Shown here one piece after another: positions 27,605 through 37,708 of a stretch of 64,000 bases of DNA (positions are counted from its first letter, which is position 1; every line of letters begins with the position of its first letter). The notes beneath the pieces were generated by a model. It saw only the letters and a program-made list of their open reading frames with translations. It was not told the origin of the DNA and did no database searches. A program made the position numbers and the translations under genes. Location: positions 1-64,000 of the IMG/VR virus record IMGVR_UViG_3300042484_002457; one strand, written 5' to 3'.

Positions 27605-29030
27605 TGTACAACGACTGTTTTTGGAAATGATGCTGGAGGATGCAAGTTCTTATGTACGAGTCCAAAACATCTACAACCCACAGAACTTTGACCGAAGTCT
27701 AAGAGCCGCGGCTGAATTCGTCAAGGAACATTCAGACAAGTACAAGACACTGCCAGATCGTACACAGATTTCTGCGGCTACTGGAGTTAAACTTAGTCCT
27801 GTGCCTGAACTAAACGAAGGACACTTTGATTGGTTCATGGCCGAGTTTGAAAGCTTTACCAAGCGCCAAGAACTTGAACGTGCAATTTTAAAAGCAGCAG
27901 ACTTGTTGGAAAAGGGCGAATACGATCCTGTTGAAAAATTAATCAAAGACGCTGTGCAAATTTCGTTAACCAAAGATCTAGGCATGGATTTTTGGCAGGA
28001 CCCTGAAGGCATGTTCACAAGATATTTTGATTCTGGTGGACAAGTTAGCACAGGTTGGCCACAACTGGATAGACTGTTGTATGGCGGATTCAGTCGTGGT
28101 GAATTAAACATCTTTGCAGGTGGATCAGGATCAGGTAAAAGCTTGGTCATGATGAACATTGCCTTGAACTGGGTACAACTGGGTCTGCATGGTGTTTATA
28201 TAACACTGGAACTCTCAGAAGAACTTACAGGTTTGAGAACAGCAGCCATGCTTACAGACATGAGCACCAAGGACATTCGCAAAGACAAAGGTACAGCAGC
28301 ACTAAAAATCAAGATGGTGGGCAAAAAGGCCGGTAGCTATCAGGTCAAGGCACTGCCAGCACAAAGCAACATCAATGACATTCGTGCATTCTTGAAAGAA
28401 TATCAGATCAAGACAGGACACCGTGTGGACTTTATCATGATTGACTACTTGGATTTGTTGATGCCCGTGAGTGCAAAAGTCAGCCCCAATGACTTGTTTG
28501 TGAAAGACAAATATGTGAGTGAGGAACTGCGCAACTTGGCCAAGGAGCTGGGTATACTAATGGTAACAGCTAGTCAGTTGAACCGATCAGCTGTGGAAGA
28601 AATTGAATTTGATCACTCGCACATTTCGGGTGGTATCAGCAAGATCAACACAGCAGACAACGTGTTTGGTATTTTTACAAGTCGGGCTATGAAAGAGCGT
28701 GGCAAGTATCAAATTCAGTGTATGAAGTCGCGTAGTAGTACAGGCGTGGGGCAAAAGATTGATCTAGAATACAACATCGAAACCATGCGTATCACTGATG
28801 AAGGCGGCGATAATCCTGACTCGTATCGTGGCGGCCCGTCGGCTAGTGTCATGGATTCAATCAAGGCCAAGAGCCAAGTCAAGGCAGCAGAAGCTGATGG
28901 CAATGCCACTGCACCTTGGGAACCGGCAGCTAGTACCAAAGGGCGTTACTCAGATGATACTGGCAAAGTCACAGCAGATGTTCAAAGTACCAAACTCAAA
29001 CAGCTACTGGGCAAAATCAAGTCATCATGA
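27582..29030 (+). CDS. Replicative DnaB/gp41-like helicase
   Basis: GGSGSGKS, TLELSE, IDYLDL, TASQLNR, KSR. Confidence 0.92.
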   Translation: MLKDYSVDVQRLFLEMMLEDASSYVRVQNIYNPQNFDRSLRAAAEFVKEHSDKYKTLPDRTQISAATGVKLSPVPELNEGHFDWFMAEFESFTKRQELERAILKAADLLEKGEYDPVEKLIKDAVQISLTKDLGMDFWQDPEGMFTRYFDSGGQVSTGWPQLDRLLYGGFSRGELNIFAGGSGSGKSLVMMNIALNWVQLGLHGVYITLELSEELTGLRTAAMLTDMSTKDIRKDKGTAALKIKMVGKKAGSYQVKALPAQSNINDIRAFLKEYQIKTGHRVDFIMIDYLDLLMPVSAKVSPNDLFVKDKYVSEELRNLAKELGILMVTASQLNRSAVEEIEFDHSHISGGISKINTADNVFGIFTSRAMKERGKYQIQCMKSRSSTGVGQKIDLEYNIETMRITDEGGDNPDSYRGGPSASVMDSIKAKSQVKAAEADGNATAPWEPAASTKGRYSDDTGKVTADVQSTKLKQLLGKIKSS

Positions 29031-30142
29031 ACAGCGACCTGTATTGCTCTCTAATACACGGCGGACTTGAACTAAACTTCAAAGGCGGTGAAGCCACTGC
29101 CCAACATTGTTGTTTGCGCCCAGGTAGATTTGACATAGATCCCAATACTGATTTTTGGAAGGATCCCAGGTTCATTCCTTTGAGAAAACTAAACGATCAA
29201 AATCGTTGGGCACCCGGCTGCGAAAACTGCCAATCAGTAGAGTCAATTGGGTTGCCAAGCTTTCGCACAGGTATGAACGCAGGACTCAGTGGCAGCAACA
29301 ACAATCTTTCAGGACCCACACGCATTGATCTCATGTTTGATATCAGTTGCAATATTGCATGCAGAACCTGTGGAACACATTCTAGTACCTTTTGGCAAAA
29401 GCATCTCAAACAGCACAACGAGTGGACAGCGCCAATCTCTGTTGGCCAAAATCACAGCACTGTGATTGCTGCACTAGAACAGCTTGACCTGAGTAATTTA
29501 CAAATGCTAGTGTTCAGCGGCGGAGAGACTTTGCTGGGCAACTCACACTGGGAAGTGGCCAAGTGGTTGGCTGATCATGTGCCCAACGCTCAACAACAAC
29601 TGACCGTGTGTTTTCAAACCAATGGAACTCAGTCAATCAATTCACGAAATTACGAACTAATACATAAGTTTCGATTGGTCAAACTGCATCTAAGTCTTGA
29701 TGGAGTTGGCGAACAATTTGAGTATTTGCGTTGGCCTGCTAGTTGGAATCAAGTGGTTGACAACATGCTGGAAATTCGTGATAGTGCACCCAGCAACATG
29801 ATGTTTCACATTGAAGAGACGGTGAGCATCTTTAATCTGTATTACACACAGCGACTGGAATCTTGGGCCCGGGAAAATTTTGCTGCCAATCGTGAAGGTG
29901 ATGTTGTCAATCACAACAAACATGTGGCACGTGGAACGTTTGCCCTGGCAAATTGCACTCAAGAATATGTAGATGCAATGCAACAAAGTGAATACAAAAA
30001 TCTAATTCCAAAAAACTGGAAAGAAAATCCATCACGCATTTCTGCAATGATGGATTCCATACGCAAGTTTGATACTTTCAGGTCTGAATCGTTTGAGCAC
30101 ACGTTCCCTGAAGTGGCAAAGTTGTATACAAGATATCTTTAA
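29027..30142 (+). CDS. Radical SAM protein
   Basis: CNIACRTC, SGGE, TNGT, SLDG...FEYLRWP. Confidence 0.85.
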   Translation: MNSDLYCSLIHGGLELNFKGGEATAQHCCLRPGRFDIDPNTDFWKDPRFIPLRKLNDQNRWAPGCENCQSVESIGLPSFRTGMNAGLSGSNNNLSGPTRIDLMFDISCNIACRTCGTHSSTFWQKHLKQHNEWTAPISVGQNHSTVIAALEQLDLSNLQMLVFSGGETLLGNSHWEVAKWLADHVPNAQQQLTVCFQTNGTQSINSRNYELIHKFRLVKLHLSLDGVGEQFEYLRWPASWNQVVDNMLEIRDSAPSNMMFHIEETVSIFNLYYTQRLESWARENFAANREGDVVNHNKHVARGTFALANCTQEYVDAMQQSEYKNLIPKNWKENPSRISAMMDSIRKFDTFRSESFEHTFPEVAKLYTRYL

Positions 30143-30144
30143 GG

Positions 30145-31071
30145 TTAGGTAATTGATCCCTTGATCACTGCATATCGCAGTACCAAGGCTTCACTTAACG
30201 GACCAGCAGTAACGTTGCGCACAGTGATCACAGCAGATCCTGTGGTACAGTTAGCGCCAAATGTGTAAGCTCCAGCGGTGCCGCCGCCAACTAAGTTGAT
30301 CGTTAATAGATCTCTAGGGCCAATGACACTATTGGTCAATGTAAAACTCACTGATGTAGCAGCACTTAATGCAGCGGCCTGCATGGTAATCTCACCTGAA
30401 GGTTTGTTTAGCACAACTGCTGTGGATTTGTCAGTGGCCTGTGTGACTGTGCCTCCGGCACCAGTGGTGTAGCCAAATGCATTGGTATACGCTGCAAGTG
30501 GGCGATTTAAATCATATACGGTTACAGCAATGCCACCATTGCTGGTACTAAATGCAAACTGGTATGTACCTGTTGCAGCAAAAGTAATTACTCCACCTGA
30601 GTAACCCTGGATTCCTGTAGTACCAAGTGTTACCTCTGCAGGCAAGGTCAATGTATGAGAAGTATTAGTTACATTAATTGCAATTTGCACTATGCCAGCA
30701 CCCAAGGTGCTTTCTGGCCAGTTTGTAAAGCTCAAACTAATTGGGCCTGTAGTAGAAATAAACTGATACTGGGCAGCACTATAATCAATAGGTATTGATC
30801 CAGCGGTGGCAGTTTGTTGCAAATAGGTATAACTAACGTCTTGCAGTTTCACAGCGTACAACAGATTGTTATTCATGTTGTTGTCCAGTGTGGTGCCAGT
30901 CAAGGCCTGTTTCAAAATTACCTTGCTTTGTAAGTCATTGATTTCAGTTTGAGCATACTCAAAGTTGGTTTTGGTATTGGTAAAGTTATCCCTGAAACCT
31001 TGAGTGTTGTTGGGCTGTCCAGCAACTGGATAGTTGCCGTCGATGTTGTTTGGATTGATAGAGCTTGTCAT
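30145..31071 (-). CDS. Probable virion structural (tail/fibre-associated) protein
   Basis: YPVAGQ.N.TQGFRDNF N-terminus; Thr/Gly/Ala-rich; minus-strand TAAATA at 31091-31096. Confidence 0.6.
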   Translation of the reverse strand: MTSSINPNNIDGNYPVAGQPNNTQGFRDNFTNTKTNFEYAQTEINDLQSKVILKQALTGTTLDNNMNNNLLYAVKLQDVSYTYLQQTATAGSIPIDYSAAQYQFISTTGPISLSFTNWPESTLGAGIVQIAINVTNTSHTLTLPAEVTLGTTGIQGYSGGVITFAATGTYQFAFSTSNGGIAVTVYDLNRPLAAYTNAFGYTTGAGGTVTQATDKSTAVVLNKPSGEITMQAAALSAATSVSFTLTNSVIGPRDLLTINLVGGGTAGAYTFGANCTTGSAVITVRNVTAGPLSEALVLRYAVIKGSIT

Positions 31072-31142
31072 GAGGTGTTCCTTGCTTCAATATTTATTTG
31101 ATGCTATAATACACTAAATAATACAAAGGTTTATGACCCCAA

Positions 31143-31391
31143 ATGCAAAAAAAGACCCGCAGTTTATTAGAAGAATTAGAGTCGCTGTACATTGAAAGAG
31201 ACCGCCGCCATCTAATAGAAAGCCGCGCCAGCAACATTATCACCAGTGCAATCAGACTGGTTGAACAGATTGAAGCAGAATTTCCCGCTGATCAAGCAGA
31301 AAATCTCACAAGAAAATTACTCAATGCCATACGTACCAAGGACGCTGGAAAATTCTCCAGGTCAGTAAGGAGAACCAATGCAGATTCATGA
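31143..31391 (+). CDS. Hypothetical protein
   Basis: 82 aa, after a TTGCTT-N17-TATAAT and a TAAATA. Confidence 0.7.
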   Translation: MQKKTRSLLEELESLYIERDRRHLIESRASNIITSAIRLVEQIEAEFPADQAENLTRKLLNAIRTKDAGKFSRSVRRTNADS

Positions 31392-32100
31392 AATTACAGC
31401 TCGTAAACTAAATGAAATATCCTTGGCCGGAGGATTTGCCGGTGCTCTTGCAAACAAGTTTGTTTCGTCAACTCTGGGTATTGATGCCAGAGATACTCCG
31501 TCTGACGATCCCTTGGCAAGATCCAAAGGTGCCATGGAGATCAATAAACAGCTCGCTGGAAAAATGGGGCAAGAGCTGAACAAGATGTGGGGTCAGGTGG
31601 TTCAAAATTTCATGGCCACCCATAAGGACACCAGCGGCTATCCATTGAACAATATAAAAAGTGCGGCGCCAGCAGATGCTGCCAAGTTGAGTCAGGAATT
31701 AGATAAAATCGTTGTAGATATGTCTCGCGTCGGCAAAGCCCTGGACCAATGGGCAGCAGGAATCAACACTGGTGATCCCAAGGATGCTGCTGAAGCCAGA
31801 GTAATGGTAGGACAACTCAAAGACATCAAAGATGCTATCTGGAAAGAAACACTAGATCCATCAGATACTAGTGGCCAGGCCCGAGCTCAAGCGTTTGCCA
31901 AGCTTGGTACAGCCATTGCACAAATACAAAACATCAATAGCTTTGTTGAACAATCTAAAAAATCAGGTGCTGCACCCGGAACACCAAGAGTAACAACAGA
32001 TCCAAGAACAAACGCTTTCATGGTTGATCGTCAACCATATGATCCAAAGAACCCCGTTCACGTAACAGCCGTGAAAGACTTTATAAACTCAAAAAAATGA
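31378..32100 (+). CDS. Hypothetical protein, probable head-internal protein
   Basis: AAGGAG SD; N-terminal MQIHEI...LNE. Confidence 0.55.
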   Translation: MQIHEITARKLNEISLAGGFAGALANKFVSSTLGIDARDTPSDDPLARSKGAMEINKQLAGKMGQELNKMWGQVVQNFMATHKDTSGYPLNNIKSAAPADAAKLSQELDKIVVDMSRVGKALDQWAAGINTGDPKDAAEARVMVGQLKDIKDAIWKETLDPSDTSGQARAQAFAKLGTAIAQIQNINSFVEQSKKSGAAPGTPRVTTDPRTNAFMVDRQPYDPKNPVHVTAVKDFINSKK

Positions 32101-34001
32101 ATCTTTTAAAAGAAGGCGGCAATGTTTTCAAAGACAAACAAGGCCAACCACTAACACAACGAATCAACCAAGCTGATGTGCCAGGCACTGTACAATGGCT
32201 GGAATCTGTGCTGGGCATGGATCTCAGCGGAGAAAAAGACCCTGCTACTGGATACCCCAGTCGTTGGCTGGGCAGCACAGGAAAAAAAGCCACGTCAGGT
32301 GACCTTGACATTGCCATAGACACAAACGAAATCAGCAAAGGTGAACTGGCCAACAAGCTCACAAATTTTATCGTCAAGCAGCAGTTAGATCCAAAAGAAT
32401 GGGTCAGGCAAGGCGGGGAAGTACACTTCCGCACTCCCATCAATGGTGACCCTGATCGGGGCTATGTGCAGACTGATTTTATGTTTTTCCCTAATCTTGA
32501 CTGGGGCCAATTCTTTTATGGCGGCGCAATAGACTCTGCTTACAAAGGCATGAACCGTAATGTGCTCATGAGCAGCATTGCCAAGAGCCTGGGACTCAAA
32601 GTGGGTGCCAACGGTGTATTCAGCAGAGCTAGCGAAAAGCTGGTAAGTCAAGATCCTGATCAATTAGCACAGTGGCTACTGGGATCCAACTTTGATCGTG
32701 GGCACTTAAAAAATGTTGAAAGCATTTATGCAGCACTCAGTAATGATCCTGCCATGGATGCCAAGCTTAAAGATTTTCGTGATTATCTAGCTCGAGAAGG
32801 TTTACAAGAACCACAGCAGGGCGTGGCCGAAAGTGAAGCAGGCTTTTTGGGACGACTGCGTGATCGTATTGTGAATCGTGGATATGTTGCTCTTGTAGAA
32901 GCAGAAGCAGCCGGAGTAGGCGGTAGAGCCAAGGGCATCGAACACCTGGAAGACTATGTGTTTCGCAAAGGCACAGCTGGCATACAACAGGCCTTGGAAA
33001 TTGTGCAGCAGGCCACAGCGGCTCCCAAGACTACCACAGCCAAATGGGATGGTAAGCCTGCTGTGATATTTGGACGCAAACCTGACACAGGCGAGTTTGT
33101 GCTCACAGACGGGTCAGGATTTGAAGCCAAGGGCTACGATGGCCTGGCCACAAGTCCCCAAATGATGGCTGACATTCAGAACCGTCGATCTGGTGATAGA
33201 ACTGAGTTGATTCAGATCTATGCCACATTGTTTCCTTTGCTAGAAGCATCACTGCCGCAAAACTTTCGAGGATATGTCAAGGGTGATTTGTTGTACATGA
33301 GCACCCCGCCCCTGCAAGCCGGCAATTATGTGTTCAAGCCCAACACTATTGAATACCGTATTCCAGCAAAGAGTGCCCTGGGCCAGCGCATCAGCAACAG
33401 TACCATTGGCATTGCTATTCACTCAATGTATGCTGATGTGGGCGAGCCACGTCAGCCACTGAGTGGAGTAGCATTTAATCCAGTACCTGGACTGATGCTG
33501 GAAAAACCAGCTACTCCCAAGGCTTTGCAGACTGAGACCAATGCTGAAAAACAACTCAGAGAGATAGTTCGCACACACGGCAAAGACATTGATACCTTGT
33601 TTAATCCAGTTGAACTGCGAGCACACAAGATTACTGACCTAGCCAAACTAGCAGTAGACTACATCAACTCCAAGGTTGGTGCACCGCTAAACAAGCAAAC
33701 CCTGTTGCCAGAATTTGGTGACTGGCTACAACAAAAAGTTACCCCACAAAAGTTCAACAACATCGTGGAATATCTACGTAGTCCAACATCCAACACCACT
33801 GCATTGGCCGCTGCATTCACAGCATTTGTTCTGTTACATGATCTAAAAATGTACCTTAAACAGCAGGCCGATACTGAGTACCCAGGGCAAGAAGGCTGGG
33901 TTATGGCTACCCCTGCTGGCTACGCCAAATTGGTCGGCAGATTTGATCCCAAAGCTTTTGCTGCTCAAAATCGCGCCCAAAACAACCCTCAACAGGCATA
34001 A
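32097..34001 (+). CDS. Pol-beta-type nucleotidyltransferase fused to an RNA-ligase-like (DUF6267-like) domain
   Basis: LGSTGKKATSGDLDI and VQTDFM; QQGVAE linker; then KWDG, KGDLLY, EGWV and AKLV. Confidence 0.6.
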   Translation: MNLLKEGGNVFKDKQGQPLTQRINQADVPGTVQWLESVLGMDLSGEKDPATGYPSRWLGSTGKKATSGDLDIAIDTNEISKGELANKLTNFIVKQQLDPKEWVRQGGEVHFRTPINGDPDRGYVQTDFMFFPNLDWGQFFYGGAIDSAYKGMNRNVLMSSIAKSLGLKVGANGVFSRASEKLVSQDPDQLAQWLLGSNFDRGHLKNVESIYAALSNDPAMDAKLKDFRDYLAREGLQEPQQGVAESEAGFLGRLRDRIVNRGYVALVEAEAAGVGGRAKGIEHLEDYVFRKGTAGIQQALEIVQQATAAPKTTTAKWDGKPAVIFGRKPDTGEFVLTDGSGFEAKGYDGLATSPQMMADIQNRRSGDRTELIQIYATLFPLLEASLPQNFRGYVKGDLLYMSTPPLQAGNYVFKPNTIEYRIPAKSALGQRISNSTIGIAIHSMYADVGEPRQPLSGVAFNPVPGLMLEKPATPKALQTETNAEKQLREIVRTHGKDIDTLFNPVELRAHKITDLAKLAVDYINSKVGAPLNKQTLLPEFGDWLQQKVTPQKFNNIVEYLRSPTSNTTALAAAFTAFVLLHDLKMYLKQQADTEYPGQEGWVMATPAGYAKLVGRFDPKAFAAQNRAQNNPQQA

Positions 34002-34064
34002 TTTTTACCAAAAGACTAAATAAGAGTAGGAACAACATGTTCCACTAACTTAAAGGAAATTATC

Positions 34065-34481
34065 ATGGCAGTATTAACAAAAGTAAACGGCACAACACAA
34101 CCAGTGTTTGCCATCGACGTACAAAACGGTACCATCGCTAACACAGCTAACATCGCGGCTGGCGGCCCAGTGCAAATGGCTGGTCCCAAGCTGGACTTCT
34201 TCAGCTTGACAGCCAACAGCGCTCTTAGTGCTAGTGGTGCTGCTAATGCTACTGGTTATATCAACAACGTGTTGCAAGCCGTTCAGCAAACAGCTACCAT
34301 TGCTATGTATCAAGTTACACCAACTGCACCAACTGTGTTGAACATTGCGTTGTACCCAACAGGTGCATACACAACAGCTACCCTGGTTACTGCTGCTCAA
34401 ACAGCCAACGCCACAGGTGGCTTGAACATTGGTATCCCAACTGCCAACGTTGCAGCGAGTGCTACTTTCACAAACGTCTAA
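34065..34481 (+). CDS. Probable abundant virion protein (decoration-like)
   Basis: TAAATA, AAGGA SD, Ala/Thr-rich, strong terminator downstream. Confidence 0.55.
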   Translation: MAVLTKVNGTTQPVFAIDVQNGTIANTANIAAGGPVQMAGPKLDFFSLTANSALSASGAANATGYINNVLQAVQQTATIAMYQVTPTAPTVLNIALYPTGAYTTATLVTAAQTANATGGLNIGIPTANVAASATFTNV

Positions 34482-34501
34482 TTCTAGACTCACCGTGAGA
34501 C

Positions 34502-34531
34502 AACCCCGGATTAATTCCGGGGTTTTCTTTT
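34502..34531 (+). terminator. Rho-independent terminator
   Basis: AACCCCGGA-ttaat-TCCGGGGTT followed by TTCTTTT. Confidence 0.88.
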
Positions 34532-34549
34532 GTCGTTAAATACTTCGAA

Positions 34550-34972
34550 ATGAAAGTATTGTGTCGCACACTGTTTGATTGTACTCGCACCGGGGTAACT
34601 GGTCGCTTCCGCGGCCCTGAATTGCCGTTTGTTGATGCTGCTGGACAATCAGTTGTGACACTTCAAGACTGGACCAGAAGTCGTAACCAACAGCGCAACT
34701 ATGAAACATTGTTGCAGATATTTGGATTGAGAACACAGCCACAAGAAATAAGTGAACCACAGTGCAATAACACACGGTGGTCATTTACATTTGAGAGTGA
34801 AAACGAAAAAGTGTTTTCCGTTGATGGCAACACTGATGAACTTGCTGCTCTAAAACAAGACTGTAATGGCATACCCATGATGTTGGCTCTAACAGAAGCT
34901 GCTGGCGTTGAGCCAGTGTTGGTGTGTCAAGATAGCAAACAGAACATTTGGTTTGAACTGGTAAATAACTAA
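34550..34972 (+). CDS. Hypothetical late protein
   Basis: TAAATA 7 nt upstream; TLFDCT.TGV, RNQQRNYETL.Q. Confidence 0.7.
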   Translation: MKVLCRTLFDCTRTGVTGRFRGPELPFVDAAGQSVVTLQDWTRSRNQQRNYETLLQIFGLRTQPQEISEPQCNNTRWSFTFESENEKVFSVDGNTDELAALKQDCNGIPMMLALTEAAGVEPVLVCQDSKQNIWFELVNN

Positions 34973-34974
34973 CT

Positions 34975-35238
34975 ATGGTTGACACTACCGATATTGAAAA
35001 AAAGAGCCTTGAAGCTCACGTGGAGCTCTGCGCTGAGAGATATCGCATGCTTGAACTCAAACTGGAAACAGTAGAGTCGACCGTGAGCGAAGTAAAAGAT
35101 ATCATGCACGAAACACACGATTTAGTGCATGCGCTGGCTGAAAAACGCAATAGTCAATTAATTGGCTGGAGCATAGGTATTATAGGATTTTTGATTGCAG
35201 CCCTGGGTTATGTGATCAAAGAATACATATTAAAATGA
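34975..35238 (+). CDS. Coiled-coil protein with a C-terminal TM helix (holin-like candidate)
   Basis: LEAHVELCAERY coiled coil; IGWSIGIIGFLIAALGYVI. Confidence 0.55.
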   Translation: MVDTTDIEKKSLEAHVELCAERYRMLELKLETVESTVSEVKDIMHETHDLVHALAEKRNSQLIGWSIGIIGFLIAALGYVIKEYILK

Positions 35239-35693
35239 ACCATCAACAAAAAGTAGAGCGTTGGGCTGAAAAAGAGATTCGCCGCAATTTTGATCACTTG
35301 ATAATTGACGATGGTAATCAGCTGATTGCTTTTGGGTTCTATTACCTAGAACAACGTGATCAGGGCTGGGTAGTAAGTGATCAAGATCGCGTTATCCATC
35401 AATTTCAAAACAAAAAAACAGCCATAAGTTGGTGTGTGGCTGACAAATACAAACGATACCAATTGGCCAATAACATAATAAATCTTGATCGCAAGAAACA
35501 AACAATTGCAGCAGACATATACTGTCGCAGAACACTGGGTGAGCGCAGTCGATCTGAATCTTTTTATGAAACTGTGACAGCAAAAATACAGCCCAAAATT
35601 ATGCAGTACAACGGGATAACATCCGAACTTGAAAAATGCATAAATCAGACTAAATATCTACAAATTAGAGGATTCTCAAATGAAACTAAATGA
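35235..35693 (+). CDS. Hypothetical protein
   Basis: 152 aa, coupled to neighbours. Confidence 0.65.
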   Translation: MNHQQKVERWAEKEIRRNFDHLIIDDGNQLIAFGFYYLEQRDQGWVVSDQDRVIHQFQNKKTAISWCVADKYKRYQLANNIINLDRKKQTIAADIYCRRTLGERSRSESFYETVTAKIQPKIMQYNGITSELEKCINQTKYLQIRGFSNETK

Positions 35694-36582
35694 ACTTGCG
35701 GCACCCAAGCCCAGTAAACAAATTGGCAAAGTATTCGAAAGTTACTTTGGTCGCACTATCAAATTTGATCAACTTGATCGTGGTCAAGCTCGACTCATGT
35801 TGAGAAAAGTGCAAGGGCTATTGAGCGAACAGCGTAACTCTGTAACTCGTCATCAAAGCGAGCGCAACCCTGCGTACTTGAAGCTGGTTATGATGGAGTC
35901 TGCCTTGGTAGCTCGTATCAAAGAAGAACAAATACCGGTGCCCCCAACAACCACTACACCCGCGCCAGGTGCAAAAATTGAAGTCAAGGACCCCAAGTTG
36001 GCCGCTGCACTGAAAAAGAGCACAGCTGGTCAGCAGTTGAATCCTGAAGAACAAAAGCTTGTGGCCGGAGCTGCCATGATGAAGGCCGAAAGTCGCCTAC
36101 GTCGAGCAATGACACGCCTGAACGAAAGCGAAGTTCAACAAGCACAAGTGGTTCTTGCTGCCCAAGACATGGTGGACCGCATGCAAGGCATGTTGGAAGA
36201 TGTTAGCGAACTACAATTCAAAGAACTACCTGCTCTAATAGACTCTATCAAGAATCAAGTCGGTATTGATCAAGCAACACAGTTCAACGCTGATGCTACC
36301 GCAGCCCTGGCAGGACTATTACAGAACATCCAAGGCGCCAAACAACAGCTTGACTCTGCATTGAATGTGGTAACTGGTGCAGCGCCTGCTGGTGGAGTTG
36401 ATGCTGCTGCCGATGCTGCTATGGCTGGTGCCGACATGGGAGCTGCTGCTGGTGCCGACATGGGCGCTGCTGGTGCCGAAATGGATGCTGCTGACATGGG
36501 CGCTGCTGATGATTTAGCTGCTGAGTTACCTGAACCTGGTGCAGAACCAACTGGTGCTGTACTTGGACGTGGCAAGAGATAA
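35680..36582 (+). CDS. Probable prohead core/scaffold-like protein
   Basis: MKLNEL; LNESEVQQAQVVLAAQDMVD; AGADMG repeats at about 36405-36510. Confidence 0.5.
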   Translation: MKLNELAAPKPSKQIGKVFESYFGRTIKFDQLDRGQARLMLRKVQGLLSEQRNSVTRHQSERNPAYLKLVMMESALVARIKEEQIPVPPTTTTPAPGAKIEVKDPKLAAALKKSTAGQQLNPEEQKLVAGAAMMKAESRLRRAMTRLNESEVQQAQVVLAAQDMVDRMQGMLEDVSELQFKELPALIDSIKNQVGIDQATQFNADATAALAGLLQNIQGAKQQLDSALNVVTGAAPAGGVDAAADAAMAGADMGAAAGADMGAAGAEMDAADMGAADDLAAELPEPGAEPTGAVLGRGKR

Positions 36583-36584
36583 AA

Positions 36585-36935
36585 ATGCGAATCAACGAAG
36601 TTGAATCTTCGCCAACGCCGGCCCCAAATCAACTAATGGGGTTGGCGGATTTTCTTGCGGGCCGGGCCAAAGACACAAATGGCCCTAAACAAATAGACAA
36701 GGCCACATTCACCGAATTGGCCAGCAGTATGGGAATCATACTAACAAACAATCAATTAGTAGATATTGTTTCTAAACCACCATTAAGCAACATGTTTGAA
36801 CCGGTGGATCCCAATTCTGACAAACTCATGTTCAAAGGTGCTGAACAGCTTGACGTAGGCATGCCAGTTAACAAAGCACAGGACGTTGTGGCTCAATCAG
36901 CCAAAAAGGCCATGAATCGAGACCGCGGCGTCTAA
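36585..36935 (+). CDS. Hypothetical protein, probable head protein
   Basis: MRINEV N-terminus. Confidence 0.55.
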   Translation: MRINEVESSPTPAPNQLMGLADFLAGRAKDTNGPKQIDKATFTELASSMGIILTNNQLVDIVSKPPLSNMFEPVDPNSDKLMFKGAEQLDVGMPVNKAQDVVAQSAKKAMNRDRGV

Positions 36936-36955
36936 CCAAATTGGATCAACAAAGG

Positions 36956-36984
36956 TTGACCTAAAACGTTAAATATAGTATAGT
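36956..36984 (+). promoter_or_regulatory. Hybrid promoter: sigma70-like with TAAATA in the spacer
   Basis: TTGACC-N17-TATAGT; TAAATA 36970-36975. Confidence 0.6.
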
Positions 36985-37014
36985 GTTGTTACTGTGTTTA
37001 TTTAGGAGTCTAAA

Positions 37015-37299
37015 ATGAAAAAAGCTGCAATTGTTGTTTTAATGAGTGCATTGGTTAGTACTAACGCCCTGGCCTGGGGCGATCGTGAACAAGGCATCCT
37101 AGCTGGCATGGCAGCATTGTGGGCCTTCCAGAAACTTAACCAAGCCGATGCTGCCCCACCGCAGCCTGTTTATGTTAGACCTCAACCAGTGTACGTCGAT
37201 CGCCCTGTGGTTGAATATCAGCGGCAACAGTGTAGTCCCTGGATCGAAACTCGTAACTGGGACGGTACTGTGACTAGATCTAGAACCTGTAACTACTAA
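37015..37299 (+). CDS. Exported hypothetical protein
   Basis: Signal peptide MKKAAIVVLMSALVSTNALA; Pro/Val/Tyr-rich. Confidence 0.7.
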   Translation: MKKAAIVVLMSALVSTNALAWGDREQGILAGMAALWAFQKLNQADAAPPQPVYVRPQPVYVDRPVVEYQRQQCSPWIETRNWDGTVTRSRTCNY

Positions 37300-37682
37300 T
37301 GGCATATTCAGAAAAAGTAATTGAGCATTACGAAAACCCACGCAACGTGGGTAGCTTTGCCAAGGATGACCCCGAAGTGGGTACTGGCATGGTTGGTGCA
37401 CCGGCCTGCGGTGATGTAATGAAACTACAAATCAAAGTGCAAGATGGCATCATCACAGACGCAAGATTCAAAACCTACGGTTGCGGTAGTGCGATCGCAA
37501 GTTCCTCTCTTGTTACCGAGTGGGTTAAAGGCAAGACGCTGGACCAAGCCGCAGCTCTTAAAAATTCAGAGATTGCTGAAGAACTTGCCCTGCCCCCAGT
37601 CAAAATCCATTGCAGCATCCTTGCTTCTGATGCCATCGCTGCTGCAATCAAAGACTATAAGGAAAAACACGATCAAACATAG
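37299..37682 (+). CDS. iscU: Fe-S cluster scaffold IscU
   Basis: MAYSEKVIEHYENPRNVG, APACGDVM, GCGSAIAS, LPPVKIHCS. Confidence 0.97.
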   Translation: MAYSEKVIEHYENPRNVGSFAKDDPEVGTGMVGAPACGDVMKLQIKVQDGIITDARFKTYGCGSAIASSSLVTEWVKGKTLDQAAALKNSEIAEELALPPVKIHCSILASDAIAAAIKDYKEKHDQT

Positions 37683-37708
37683 AGCAAATAACTTTGATAA
37701 ATAAAGTT

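Noticed and set aside
36405-36510. GCTGGTGCCGACATGGG tandem repeats as a separate DNA element
   Set aside because: Explained as a low-complexity AGADMG protein linker.
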